This document shows, in pieces, positions 46,054 through 56,459 of a stretch of 64,000 nt of DNA; the first letter of the stretch is position 1; every line of letters begins with the position of its first letter. The notes below the pieces were generated by a model. That model saw only the letters and a program-made list of their open reading frames with translations. It was not told where the DNA came from and did no database searches. The stretch is taken from IMG/VR virus record IMGVR_UViG_3300032167_000069, one strand, 5' to 3'. Both the position numbers and the translations under genes were made by a program. This DNA comes from a virus (taxonomy: Duplodnaviria; Heunggongvirae; Uroviricota; Caudoviricetes).

Positions 46054-46440
46054 TTATTTGTTTACCGGAACGAAAACTTCCGGCACAGTTACCGAAATAC
46101 AAATTCCGTCCTCAGTTCCGTCAATCGTGATGGCTGAAGTGTATCTCATAACATCACAATATTTTTGAATATCATCGCCAATAATATCGAACACGATAAA
46201 TGTTGCGGTTACTCCGCCGTGTTCTTCTTTAGGCGTAAGTTTAACAGGTTCAACCTTACCATTACTCTTTCTTGCAGCATCAAGGAAAAAGTTTAATACC
46301 TCAATAAGCTTATCCATCTGAGGCTGATTTACAACGTAATCATCATCCTTGCGCATACTCAAAATTTTATCATAAAGTTGAGTAATTCTTCTTACATATT
46401 CCTCGTTAGTCAAGTCCTCACCTCCAAAAAACGATTTCAC
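46054..46440 (-). CDS. Hypothetical protein
   Basis: 128 aa. Confidence 0.4.
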   Translation of the reverse strand: MKSFFGGEDLTNEEYVRRITQLYDKILSMRKDDDYVVNQPQMDKLIEVLNFFLDAARKSNGKVEPVKLTPKEEHGGVTATFIVFDIIGDDIQKYCDVMRYTSAITIDGTEDGICISVTVPEVFVPVNK

Positions 46441-46485
46441 CTTAAATATTTCTATTCACCAATTAGGGTTTGGCATACCCGTATG

Positions 46486-46809
46486 CTAACAGTCTTGCAA
46501 GTATTTTTCATAATCAGACTTCCAAGCATTCTCATCATTAAACAGAACTTTTGAAAATCTTCTGACTGCCTTGCTCAAACGAAGAGCCACTGAAGACCTT
46601 TCGTTACTCTTTAGCTTTGGGAAATAAAGAGATTTTACAATATTATAAATGTCATTATCTTCTATCCCTTTACCCTCATCAATAACGGCTTTAGCCGCAG
46701 ACAAAAAGCCCTCAACCGAGAGCAAAAAATCTAAATCGCTTTTTGGTAAAGATGATTTCTTAAACAAAAACCCGAAATTATCCACTTCTGTTGACCTCCG
46801 CATTTGCAT
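46486..46809 (-). CDS. Hypothetical protein
   Basis: 107 aa. Confidence 0.4.
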   Translation of the reverse strand: MQMRRSTEVDNFGFLFKKSSLPKSDLDFLLSVEGFLSAAKAVIDEGKGIEDNDIYNIVKSLYFPKLKSNERSSVALRLSKAVRRFSKVLFNDENAWKSDYEKYLQDC

Positions 46810-46886
46810 ATACGGATTATATTATATCACAAAACTTCTGTTTTGTCAATCGGTGGTAGCCACTTATTCAAAAAATCTGAAACCCT

Positions 46887-47084
46887 TTATCGTTTTGTCG
46901 ATTTGCTGTCCTCGAAATAAGCGACTACCTCATTGTGGGTGTGTGCAATGGCACATCTATCGCAATTCAAATGTATGCCTTTATGACAGCACACATTACA
47001 CGAATGCTTAAAACTCTGGAGTGCTTCATATTTATTGGTGCTTTCGAGTTGACGTTCAACGCCAATTTGCTCAAACTTTAACAT
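46887..47084 (-). CDS. Small Cys/His-rich zinc-binding protein
   Basis: CHKGIHLNCDRCAIAHTH. Confidence 0.35.
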   Translation of the reverse strand: MLKFEQIGVERQLESTNKYEALQSFKHSCNVCCHKGIHLNCDRCAIAHTHNEVVAYFEDSKSTKR

Positions 47085-47142
47085 TTTTATAACACCTCCG
47101 ACTTACCCACATTTCCGATTTTAATAGGCAGAGAAAAGCCTT

Positions 47143-48015
47143 TTAGTTGGCTTTCTCTACCACAACAGTTTCAACCTTTTCAGCGCTTTCCTGTTCTTTG
47201 CCTTTTGCCTCAGACTTAGCCTTAGCTGCCGCTTTAGCTTCAACAACCTTTGTATCAGAAATCATACGATATTCAAGGTCGTAAACCTTGCCGGTAACTA
47301 CACGATGCATAATATCAAACACGAGTCTGTGCATATAGGTGTTCTTTGCAACCGATACAGAAAGAACCTTTTTTCCACGTTTTGTATAACACATCAGCAA
47401 ATATGCCACGTCATGTGTGTTCGCACGATAAACGTTCTTACCCTTGCCATTGTCCTCATACAGAACTCTGTCAATAATCATCTGGAGCTGCTTACAGATA
47501 GCGGTATTGCTATCAGGTGTTCCGCCCATTTCGACTTCACGAGCCAATTTGCTCATATAGAAGCTATCGCAGATTTTCTTAATCTGAGCCTTAGTCATTT
47601 TCAGCTCATTTGCCGCCCTCAGAGCGAGCAACTGATTAAACTTTTCGACATTATGCTGCCAATCCGTATCCTTGTGGCAATATTTGCAGAATTTCACAAG
47701 GTCAATCTGTCTTACCTTATCTTCGATAAGTTCAAAACCTTCGTTCACTCCGCCCTCACCTTTGCGCATTTTGTGCGCAATTACAAAATAGGAATGTTCA
47801 GCAATAGCAGCCTTAACCGGATTCTCTTCCTTTGCGAGTCTTTCAAAAAGTTCCTCACACTTGGCTTCCGCATAGGCAGCCTCATTTTCCTTGAGTTCCT
47901 GCTCAAGTCTGACCATTTTGGCATTATCGTTTTCTTTCAGTGCCGCATTGTACTCGTCAATTTTAGCGATACAATCATTGCGTCTTTCGCTGATTACTTC
48001 TTTGATAGTAGCCAT
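47143..48015 (-). CDS. Hypothetical protein
   Basis: 290 aa with a Lys/Ala/Glu-rich C-terminal tail. Confidence 0.45.
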   Translation of the reverse strand: MATIKEVISERRNDCIAKIDEYNAALKENDNAKMVRLEQELKENEAAYAEAKCEELFERLAKEENPVKAAIAEHSYFVIAHKMRKGEGGVNEGFELIEDKVRQIDLVKFCKYCHKDTDWQHNVEKFNQLLALRAANELKMTKAQIKKICDSFYMSKLAREVEMGGTPDSNTAICKQLQMIIDRVLYEDNGKGKNVYRANTHDVAYLLMCYTKRGKKVLSVSVAKNTYMHRLVFDIMHRVVTGKVYDLEYRMISDTKVVEAKAAAKAKSEAKGKEQESAEKVETVVVEKAN

Positions 48016-48039
48016 TTTTCCAACCTCACTTTATAGTAG

Positions 48040-48595
48040 ATTTATAAGCCTACGCATAAGCCTATATGAAAACACACCTATCCGCATCTCATAACTACGA
48101 ACAGGTGTGCTTGATATATAGGTTTATACAAAAGGGCAGACCTCAAGCAAGTCAAAGCCTACCCTGTTATTTTTATGTTTCTCAAATCACACTCCATTAG
48201 ACCTTGCTAAACCAAACCTCAGTAACAAGTTTCCTTTCCCGTTGGGAACACCCACCTCAACTCATATAGCCTACCTTACACATTCCTGATGTGGCTCAGT
48301 ATTACTGACTATTGAGAAATAACATCACTTTGGAGAAGTTCGGAAAAACTTCGTGCTTATCAGCAGTTGCACAAGCCGAGTTTAGGTTGAGCTGAATACC
48401 TGTTGCCATTTTCACTATCTGACACGCTACGGGCTTAATTCCTCATAGCTTAACCGACGCCTTATGATTTGGGATAAGGTTCCCTTATGCCTGCGCATAT
48501 GCCCTCAACCACTATACTCTGGTTAGGAAAGAGTTTGCACGTATTCAGTTAGCCTTACGGCTATCCACCCTCACGAACTTGGACGACCGTGCATT
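48040..48595. ncRNA. Candidate large structured noncoding RNA region (about 550 nt with no ORF of 60 aa or more on either strand)
   Basis: No listed ORF lies between 48095 and 48593 in an otherwise tightly packed genome. GC content is higher than the surroundings. Local helices are numerous (cacacct/aggtgtg, ggtgcc-atca-ggcacc, cccacttcgg...). Confidence 0.3.
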
Positions 48596-48651
48596 AAGGG
48601 CAAGGTGCCATCAGGCACCCACTTCGGAGAAAAAAATGAAAAGAAAATTTT

Positions 48652-48768
48652 TTCGGTTTGCGGTGTTGCCGCTCCGTCCGCTTGTATAGTAGCGGTGTTC
48701 GGTTTGCGGTGTTGCCGCTCCGTCCGCTTGTATAGTAGCGGTGTTCGGTTTGCGGACGTATGCGGCGC
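48652..48768. repeat. 2.5 tandem copies of a 47-bp unit, each with an internal dyad (iteron-like)
   Basis: The unit is cggtttgcggtgttgccgctccgtccgcttgtatagtagcggtgtt, repeated head to tail. Related degenerate copies occur at about 50033-50067, 50100-50140 and 50283-50310. Confidence 0.7.
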
Positions 48769-48825
48769 AAAGTTACCAAAACAAAGAAAAGCGGCGGAAT
48801 ATATCCGCCGCCCCTTTGTGTTTGT

Positions 48826-49083
48826 TTATGCTCTTATATATTCAACTGTTATTGGATGCCCCAATTCTTGCGCCCTTGTAAATGCTTTTTGTATCTGCTT
48901 TTTGTTTTCGCTCTTGTGTTCGTTGCTTAATTGCTCTATCAATTCACAATATTTTATTGATAAATTGTACTTGATTTTTTCAAGTTGCGCCGCCCTTGTT
49001 TTCGTTGGCTTGTCTGCTTGTTTCTTTTCAAGTCTTTTTATAAGTCTTTCAGCCGCCGCCGCTCTTTCTGATAATGTCATCAT
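48826..49083 (-). CDS. Hypothetical small protein in the GC-rich cassette
   Basis: 85 aa. Confidence 0.4.
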   Translation of the reverse strand: MMTLSERAAAAERLIKRLEKKQADKPTKTRAAQLEKIKYNLSIKYCELIEQLSNEHKSENKKQIQKAFTRAQELGHPITVEYIRA

Positions 49084-50075
49084 ATAGCCGCACCCCCTTT
49101 GTTGTTTTCTGCTTTCTTTCTTGCCCTGTACTCTCTGTAATATTCGGCGGTGTTGTTGCGCCTTTTCTTGCTTTCGTTTGTACCCTTTGCGGCGTTTACC
49201 TCTGCTGATTTGATTATATGCAGAAATTCCGGCGCATTTTCTGTAAAATAGTCAAGATATTTCTTTCTTATGTGTGTTATGTGTTCATTTACTGTTGATA
49301 CTGATTTTATATTGAGTCTATCAGCCGCCGCCCTTTGTGATAAGCCGCCGCCTATAAGTGCGGCAATCTGTTTCTGTCGTGGTGTAATTGTAGCCGCCGC
49401 CGCTCTGAGTGCCGCCCCTAATCTGTTCGCTGTTTCTTCGTCCATTTCGTCCCATTCGTCCGTATATGGTGTATATCTTTCGCCGCCTTTTATAAGCCTT
49501 GCAATGTATGTATTTACTGCTACCAATGCGCCGCCGCTTTCTTGTATAAATTCGTTGCTTAATTCGTATTCAGTAGCCGCCCTTTGTTTCATTATGTAGT
49601 TGTTTATTTCTATGTATGCTCTATGATACTGTTCGGCTATTGTTTCGCCTTCTGCTATTCCGTCAAGTATGCCGCTATAAGCTTGTGCAAAAAATTCTTG
49701 ACTGTCTGCGCTTGTTCGTGCGATTAAGTCAAACACATAAGCCGCCCCCAATGGTTCAGCCGCCGCTTGTTCTGCTTTCATCTTTGCGCCCGTCAATTCG
49801 TTTAGTATGCGGTATTGAGTATCAGTGCCGCCGCTCCTTTCGCAAGATTTGGCGGCGCTCTTTCTTGCTACCATAAGCGCCCCCCTTGCTATTCCTATGT
49901 CAATAGGTGCGCCGCTTTCGTCCGTTGTTGTCGGGTAGACTCTTATTTGCTCCGCTTTCGCCGCCGCTTTCTTGTCTGCCCTTGCTTGTTCGTGTGCCGC
50001 TTTTGTTGTTGGTGCGTCAACTGTTTTTGTTGTTGCCGCTCCGTCCTTGTGTAAATAGATAATTGAATGTAGCAT
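49080..50075 (-). CDS. Ala-rich protein with a C-terminal sigma-70 region-4-like HTH (sigma/anti-terminator-like regulator)
   Basis: TPRQKQIAALIGGGLSQRAAADRLNIKSVSTVNEHITHIRKKY resembles sigma region 4.2. The composition is strongly GC/Ala-biased (many gccgccgcc runs), unlike the rest of the window. Confidence 0.5.
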   Translation of the reverse strand: MLHSIIYLHKDGAATTKTVDAPTTKAAHEQARADKKAAAKAEQIRVYPTTTDESGAPIDIGIARGALMVARKSAAKSCERSGGTDTQYRILNELTGAKMKAEQAAAEPLGAAYVFDLIARTSADSQEFFAQAYSGILDGIAEGETIAEQYHRAYIEINNYIMKQRAATEYELSNEFIQESGGALVAVNTYIARLIKGGERYTPYTDEWDEMDEETANRLGAALRAAAATITPRQKQIAALIGGGLSQRAAADRLNIKSVSTVNEHITHIRKKYLDYFTENAPEFLHIIKSAEVNAAKGTNESKKRRNNTAEYYREYRARKKAENNKGGAAI

Positions 50076-50666
50076 TTTCTGCTCCTTTCTTATCGGCTAA
50101 AGTGTGCCGACTCCGCTTGTGTTTGGTGCGGAATACCAATATTATATAGTACCCTTTGCGGCGGTGTTCACTCTTGCAAGTGTGCCGCCGTTGTCAAGAT
50201 ACTATATATATAATAGCACACTTTTTCCGACTTGTCAATACAATTTTTTTGATTTTTTGAAAAAAGTTGTTTTTGCTCTCTATTAGTAGCGGTGTTCGGT
50301 TTGCAAATATACCGAAACAACAAATATATTATATAATTGTTTTATATGGTAGTTTTGCCGCCTTTCGTCCGTCCATTGTTTTTCCGTCCGTTTCTATGTT
50401 ACAATTTAACACTATGTAACAAAGGGGGGCTATTTTCCATATTTTCGTCCCCTTGAAATTCCACAGAATTGACAAGTTGCTTCATCACACCAGCACTTTT
50501 CCCTCTTTTCTCCTGAGCTCACCTTTTCTTCCATAAATAATAGGAAATATCGTACTTATTTAATGGTGTTTTTAAAGAACCGATGTCTCGTGATTCCTTG
50601 AAAATACCCAGAACGAGGGTTTAAACAAGAAATATCGAAAATTTATCAAAACAATTATAAAAAATA

Positions 50667-50695
50667 CTTGACAAACGCCTCTAAATATGCTATAA
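50667..50695 (+). promoter_or_regulatory. Consensus sigma70 promoter (TTGACA-17 nt-TATAAT) driving the rightward arm
   Basis: ttgaca aacgcctctaaatatgc tataat, about 55 nt before the ATG at 50748. It is flanked by two copies of the 16-bp motif tcaaaacaattataaa. Confidence 0.65.
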
Positions 50696-50747
50696 TGATT
50701 ATAGTCAAAACAATTATAAAGAATATAAGAAAGGAAACGATAAGACG

Positions 50748-51578
50748 ATGGGAACCATTATTTCAATTGACTTTACATCAAAGGTGAATAAGAAGAATGA
50801 CGGTATCATAAATGCAAAGGTTGTATCCGACTCCCGAAGATACCTTAAAAGAGATGCTCTTCTTCCGGCTCAAGAAGAAGTTCATATCGAACTTGCAAAC
50901 GAGCATACATCAGAACCAATTAAAAGCCTTGAAGATATAGAACGTTTTTCAAGCTATCTCATAAACAATGGTAGATACAGAGACAATATGCTCTTTATAG
51001 TTGGTATTAACTTTGGACTTCGTGTAAGTGATTTATTACAGTTAAGATTTACTCAGCTCATTAATGATGACCTATCTTTCAAAACCACATTCCCTATTCT
51101 GGAAAAAAAGACTAAGAACACCAGAAAGGTAAGACGTAACAGATACTTAACCATTAATGATGCAGTAATGGATGCAATTACACTGTACCTTGAACATACG
51201 CAGTGCAGGCTTGACGATTATATGTTCCGCAGTGAAAGCAACAGAGGCTCTAATCTTAACAAACCAATGAGCAGAATGTCAGTTGACCGCATTCTCAAAG
51301 AGGTTGCTAACACACTCAATTTGGATGTCAAGATTGCTACTCACACTATGAGAAAGACATTTGCTTATCATCAGATGTTAATGTCCAACAACGATCCTCG
51401 TAAACTTTTATTATTACAAAAGATGTTTGGACACTCATCAGCAGCACAGACACTCGACTACATCGGTATTACTGGTGAAGAGATTGAAGAAGCTTATATA
51501 AAGCTCAACTTGGGAAGCAGAGACCATTATCTTGTTGATAGCGTTATACAGGAGACTACATATTATCCTGCAAGCTAA
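50748..51578 (+). CDS. Tyrosine recombinase/integrase (small)
   Basis: ATHTMRKTFAYH gives HxxR. C-terminal LDYIGIT carries the catalytic Tyr. An arginine-containing box I region is present. Confidence 0.6.
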   Translation: MGTIISIDFTSKVNKKNDGIINAKVVSDSRRYLKRDALLPAQEEVHIELANEHTSEPIKSLEDIERFSSYLINNGRYRDNMLFIVGINFGLRVSDLLQLRFTQLINDDLSFKTTFPILEKKTKNTRKVRRNRYLTINDAVMDAITLYLEHTQCRLDDYMFRSESNRGSNLNKPMSRMSVDRILKEVANTLNLDVKIATHTMRKTFAYHQMLMSNNDPRKLLLLQKMFGHSSAAQTLDYIGITGEEIEEAYIKLNLGSRDHYLVDSVIQETTYYPAS

Positions 51579-51853
51579 TTAACAAACATTGTACCTTGAC
51601 AACTGAATACTGAAATCATAGAAGAACATTATCTCGCTCGAACTAAAGCTGTAAGTAAGATACGTTACATTGTCTTGCCGTATCTTACTCAACGAAATCA
51701 ACAGACCTAAAGAATGTCTACGTCACTATTAGACCCCGATTTTTAAAACCGCATATTTACGGGCTTTTCGGGCATCAAAAATTCAATTTTACAACCCAAA
51801 AGTTTTAAATGCGAGTTTTCGGGACGACAAAAACAACTTAAAAAAGGAGGAAT

Positions 51854-53131
51854 TTGATGGCGATAAAAGTATGTGATGCCATTATGGGCTCTGGTAAGTC
51901 CAGTGCGGCTATCAACTATATGAATGCACATCCTACACAAAAGTTTATATATATAACACCCTACTTAGAAGAAGCGGCAAGGATACGCAACTCTTGCCCC
52001 GACCTTCATTTCAAAGAACCCAGTAACAAGATACCTGAGTTCGACTTTCGTAAGTTTAAACACACAATTGAGTTAATCAACGCTGGCGAGAATATAACCA
52101 GTACACACAATATGTTCTTGAGATACTCGGACGATATGATAGATATGATTCGCAAACAGGGTTATACGCTGATTGTTGATGAAGCGGTTGAAGTATTGAG
52201 ACCTTCCTCTATCACCAAATCGGATATGATGCTTCTGGAAAGTGCCGGTTGGGTATCTAAAGAGGGCGACGTTATAAAGCTACTACCATCTTTTAACTAT
52301 GAGTATGGATTAGCCAGTGAGATTGTGGCTCTATCCAAGGGCAATCGTCTTGTAGATATGCCCGATGTAAAACAAGGTAATGTTTATTATTACTGGCTAT
52401 TTTCAAAAGACATACTTATGGCGTTTAAAGATGTGTTTGTTCTTACCTACTTGTTTGAAGCACAGACAATGAAGTATTATTTTGACATTGCTGATATTCC
52501 TTACAGATATATCGGTATTGTAAAGGATAAAAAGGGATTTCATTTTAGCGAAACACCTCAATATATCCCCGAATATACAAAAGAGCTCTCAAGTAAGATA
52601 CATATTTTCGATAATGACAAAATCAATTCTGTTGGCGACGATAAACACGCATTATCATTTACGTGGTTTAAGAAGAGCACGGAAGCTGTAAAGAATAACA
52701 AAGAAGCTTTGAAGAAAAATGTATATAACTTTTTCATCAACTACCACAGAGATAAACCGTCGAACACCCGGTTGTGGGCAACTTATAAGACCGGTCAATC
52801 ATTATTGAGGGGAAAAGGTTATTTTTACAGCGATATTGCTTTTAATACAAAGGCAACAAATGACTATCGTGATAAGCAGGTTCTTGCATATTGCGTTAAC
52901 ATATTTATGCAACCAAATGAGAAGCAGTATCTTTTAAATAGCGGAGTTGATATACAAGAAGACAGATATGCACTATCTGTAATGATACAATGGATATGGC
53001 GTTCTGCTATTCGTGATGGTAAAGAAATATGGATTTATATTCCAAGCAAAAGAATGCGCACACTTCTTCAAGATTGGATTGAGGAAACCGAGCGTAAATA
53101 CTATATACATATTAAAGGAGAAACAGCATGA
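51854..53131 (+). CDS. P-loop NTPase (Zot-like / replication or assembly ATPase)
   Basis: GGAGG RBS. Walker A AIMGSGKSS near the N-terminus; Walker B LIVDEA. Confidence 0.45.
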   Translation: MMAIKVCDAIMGSGKSSAAINYMNAHPTQKFIYITPYLEEAARIRNSCPDLHFKEPSNKIPEFDFRKFKHTIELINAGENITSTHNMFLRYSDDMIDMIRKQGYTLIVDEAVEVLRPSSITKSDMMLLESAGWVSKEGDVIKLLPSFNYEYGLASEIVALSKGNRLVDMPDVKQGNVYYYWLFSKDILMAFKDVFVLTYLFEAQTMKYYFDIADIPYRYIGIVKDKKGFHFSETPQYIPEYTKELSSKIHIFDNDKINSVGDDKHALSFTWFKKSTEAVKNNKEALKKNVYNFFINYHRDKPSNTRLWATYKTGQSLLRGKGYFYSDIAFNTKATNDYRDKQVLAYCVNIFMQPNEKQYLLNSGVDIQEDRYALSVMIQWIWRSAIRDGKEIWIYIPSKRMRTLLQDWIEETERKYYIHIKGETA

Positions 53132-53661
53132 GCAAAACATTAAATGACACACAGAGGAAACTCGTAGAAGATAATCATAATCTTATATATTCATACATAC
53201 ATAGTCACAAACTTAACCTTGATGCAGTCGAAGATTGGTACGGAGCTGCGGCAGTTGGGTTGTGCAAAGCAGCTCTTATTTATGACGAGAGCAGAGGTTG
53301 CAAATTTTCCACTCTGGCTTATTTGTGCATAGATAACGAAGTTAAGATGGAAATGCGACGAAACCGCAAGCTTGTATCACCCACTTTGAGTTTGCACGCA
53401 CCGATTAATCAGGCAGATGGTTGTTGTATGGCTGATATTATACCAGATAACCAAGATTTTATGTTTTCAATATATCTGAATGATGCGGTAGCGATTACAA
53501 CCAAAGGATTAAGTAAAAGAGATAGCGAGTTTATACATCTGATTTTTGAACAAGGATATACTCAAAAAGAAGTTGCAGATAAGTTTGGAGTATCAAGAAC
53601 ACTCGTACAAAGGGTATATAGCTCATTTAAGAAAAAAATCAGAGATTATTTTGCTGAATAA
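53128..53661 (+). CDS. Sigma-70 family RNA polymerase sigma factor (phage-encoded)
   Basis: Region-2-like AAAVGLCKAALIYDESRG...LAYLCIDNEV. Region-4 HTH GYTQKEVADKFGVSRTLVQRV. Confidence 0.6.
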   Translation: MSKTLNDTQRKLVEDNHNLIYSYIHSHKLNLDAVEDWYGAAAVGLCKAALIYDESRGCKFSTLAYLCIDNEVKMEMRRNRKLVSPTLSLHAPINQADGCCMADIIPDNQDFMFSIYLNDAVAITTKGLSKRDSEFIHLIFEQGYTQKEVADKFGVSRTLVQRVYSSFKKKIRDYFAE

Positions 53662-53771
53662 GCATTATTTTTTAAATCTATCAAAACAATTATAAAGAGT
53701 AAAAGGAGTGATGCGTTATTTCTAAGCAACAGACATCTCAAAAATACATATTTAAGATACATAGCGCCCGT

Positions 53772-56459
53772 TTGAGAAAAGCAAAGTGGAATTTAACCCT
53801 TCCGCTCTCTGAGGCTCGCAAAAATGACGAGGTAATTTCCTTGAGTGATAGCCAGATATTACGCTGGATTGATGAATTAAACCACATAGAAAATGCCGAT
53901 TTTGAGGCAAAAAAGCTGAAAAAAAGCATAAAAATGCTCAAAAAACAGCCAAATTCGCTCCAAAATAGGCGAGAAATCAAGAAATTGTATGAAAAACTCG
54001 ATAAAGTGCAGCATAAACCGGACTATATGTGCTTGGTAATAGATAAAGAGAAAGATTACCGTCGTGCTTGCAAAGGGTTTATAATTAACGGTATAAAGTA
54101 TGTACGATTGCTCGGAACTAATGGTGGCGTTAAAAATGAGACTATAGTTTTCGTCAGTGAGCGTTTATCTGGTGAACTAAGAAAGCGAATCAGCAATGGT
54201 CGTGATGAAAGTGTTAAACTTATTCCTGCAAAATTTGAAGCATATAGAGCATTAACTTGCAGTGGTTCAATTCCAGTTTCGATGCCTAAAGGAATTTTAG
54301 TAGTAAATGATTGCGAAACGGAGTTTTGTGAAGATATTATCAGTTTAAATGATGAAAATAGTGATGAGCCAAAGATGGAGCATATCACTAACGAAAAGAT
54401 TTTGCTTGATGAGTCTGATGGATATGGTCTTATGCTCCCCTCTCTTGCTGAACGCTGGTCAAAGGAATTGGGGCTCGACTATATAGTAAGTGGTGTAAAC
54501 ACCCGATTTTCGTGGGAAAAAGGTATGGTATTCTGCTTTGATTTCCTTGAATTTGCAGATACGGTTGCACACACGAGGATTGTGACGGATGCTTGGGGTA
54601 ATCAGGTAGATATTTCAAATGTAGAACTTATTCTTACAACGTCAATGCTTAAATTGTGGAGCTGCTACGACAGTATCGAACATTATTTACAATGTTGTGA
54701 AGAAAATCACTATACTTTCGGAATTGCTAAGACTTGTCCAAAAGAATTAGAAACAGAACGTGACTTGAACTATCAATTTATACAGAGCTACAATTTAGAT
54801 GATGACCAGATAAACGAGCTAATACAACCAACGATTGATGATATAAAGGATATTTTAAGCGGAGATTATAAAAAGGCAATACTTTTTCTCAAGGGTATGT
54901 ACTTGAATGAAAATAATATTGATTACATTGAAAGCGACTTTACAAAAGCTTTAATGATTGATAAAAGGATATATGATGATCCATTTGTTAAGAAGAAGAT
55001 TTACCAAATGATAAGAAAACGAATTACCGATGCTAAGATTGGTGTAATTCGAGTTCACGGAAACTACTCTATTGTTTCTGGAGACCCTTATTCTCTCTGT
55101 CAGAGCATATTTGGTTTACCGGTAACTGGTTTACTACGCAAGGGTGAAGCTTATAATCAGTTCTGGGCTGACCTTAATACAGATAAGGTTGCTTGTTTTA
55201 GGGCACCTATGACTTGCCATAACAATATTCGTTTAATGAAGATTGCTAATGGCGACGAAGTGAGACATTGGTATAGATATATGACCACCTGTACGGTATT
55301 CAACTCTTGGGACACTGCTGCTCACGCATTAAACGGTATGGACAAAGACGGAGATTTAGTTCTGTTGACGGATAACAAGGTTCTTGTAAACAATTACAGA
55401 CCGCTTCAAACTATAATGTGCGCTCAGCGAAATGCCACAAAGGTGGAAGTCACCGAGGAACATCTTATACAATCCAATATTGATAGTTTTGGTGATGATA
55501 TTGGTAAGACTACCAACTGGATTACAACTATGTTTGATGTTCAAGCCAGTTTCCCGCCTGAAAGCAAAGAGTATCAAACTCTTGAATATCGAATTATGTG
55601 CGGTCAGCTCTATCAACAAAATGCTATTGATAAGGCAAAGGGTATAATTGCAAAACCAATGCCGAAAGAATGGTATGATAGAGCAGCAAACCGTATAACC
55701 GAGGGGTTGTCTGAAGAAGAAATCGCTCGCAGAGAATTTAACCTCAGCATACTGGCTGATAAGAAACCTTATTTTATGAGATACATTTATCCTAATTTAA
55801 TGAGCCAGTATAATACATACATAAAAAACACAGACAAAAAGTGTATCAGAGAGTTTAGACAAAGTATTGATGAACTGTTGTCAAAAAATAAATCAGAGTT
55901 AACTGAAGCCGAAGCTGAGTTTGTTAGCTATTATTATCAAAGAATGCCCGTTGGAATACACGATTGCGTAATGAATAAGATATGTCGAAGATTTGAAGAT
56001 GAGTTTGACGGGTATTTTCTGAAAAATATATCTGATACAGAGTTTGATTATAGCATTATGAAAAGTGGTCAAGATTATACGACCACACAGTATAATACAA
56101 TTTCCAGATTATATGAACAATATACAAAACGTTTACAAGAGTATATGCAGTACAGTAAACGTGAACGTATTGACGAAGATGAATCTGCAAGCAAGCGTAG
56201 TTTAATGGTTCAAGATTTTAAAGTTGAATGTCAAAGAGCTTGCTCAAACGCTGCACAATTATGTGATATTATCTTAGATTTATGTTATAGCCGGAATGGT
56301 TCTAAGCAATTTTGCTGGGATATATGTAGCGAAGAGATAATATATAATTTGCTTATACATAACAACAATACTATATACTTCCCCACCAAGAACGATGATG
56401 GCGATATAGAATTTTGCGGAAAGAGATTTTCGCTTGAATCTAAAGGGGGAATACAATGA
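53772..56459 (+). CDS. Large hypothetical protein (895 aa)
   Basis: Long ORF directly after the sigma factor; no motif recognised. Confidence 0.5.
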   Translation: MRKAKWNLTLPLSEARKNDEVISLSDSQILRWIDELNHIENADFEAKKLKKSIKMLKKQPNSLQNRREIKKLYEKLDKVQHKPDYMCLVIDKEKDYRRACKGFIINGIKYVRLLGTNGGVKNETIVFVSERLSGELRKRISNGRDESVKLIPAKFEAYRALTCSGSIPVSMPKGILVVNDCETEFCEDIISLNDENSDEPKMEHITNEKILLDESDGYGLMLPSLAERWSKELGLDYIVSGVNTRFSWEKGMVFCFDFLEFADTVAHTRIVTDAWGNQVDISNVELILTTSMLKLWSCYDSIEHYLQCCEENHYTFGIAKTCPKELETERDLNYQFIQSYNLDDDQINELIQPTIDDIKDILSGDYKKAILFLKGMYLNENNIDYIESDFTKALMIDKRIYDDPFVKKKIYQMIRKRITDAKIGVIRVHGNYSIVSGDPYSLCQSIFGLPVTGLLRKGEAYNQFWADLNTDKVACFRAPMTCHNNIRLMKIANGDEVRHWYRYMTTCTVFNSWDTAAHALNGMDKDGDLVLLTDNKVLVNNYRPLQTIMCAQRNATKVEVTEEHLIQSNIDSFGDDIGKTTNWITTMFDVQASFPPESKEYQTLEYRIMCGQLYQQNAIDKAKGIIAKPMPKEWYDRAANRITEGLSEEEIARREFNLSILADKKPYFMRYIYPNLMSQYNTYIKNTDKKCIREFRQSIDELLSKNKSELTEAEAEFVSYYYQRMPVGIHDCVMNKICRRFEDEFDGYFLKNISDTEFDYSIMKSGQDYTTTQYNTISRLYEQYTKRLQEYMQYSKRERIDEDESASKRSLMVQDFKVECQRACSNAAQLCDIILDLCYSRNGSKQFCWDICSEEIIYNLLIHNNNTIYFPTKNDDGDIEFCGKRFSLESKGGIQ

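Noticed and set aside
48652-48768. Tandem 47-bp repeats considered as a CRISPR array
   Set aside because: The units are directly adjacent with no unique spacers and contain an internal dyad. Degenerate copies are dispersed 1.3 kb away. That fits iterons or binding sites, not CRISPR.
48605-49087. 160-aa plus-strand ORF over the repeat region
   Set aside because: It overlaps the tandem repeats and is antisense to the minus-strand genes 48826..49083 and 49080..50075; GC-rich codon bias creates a long spurious frame.
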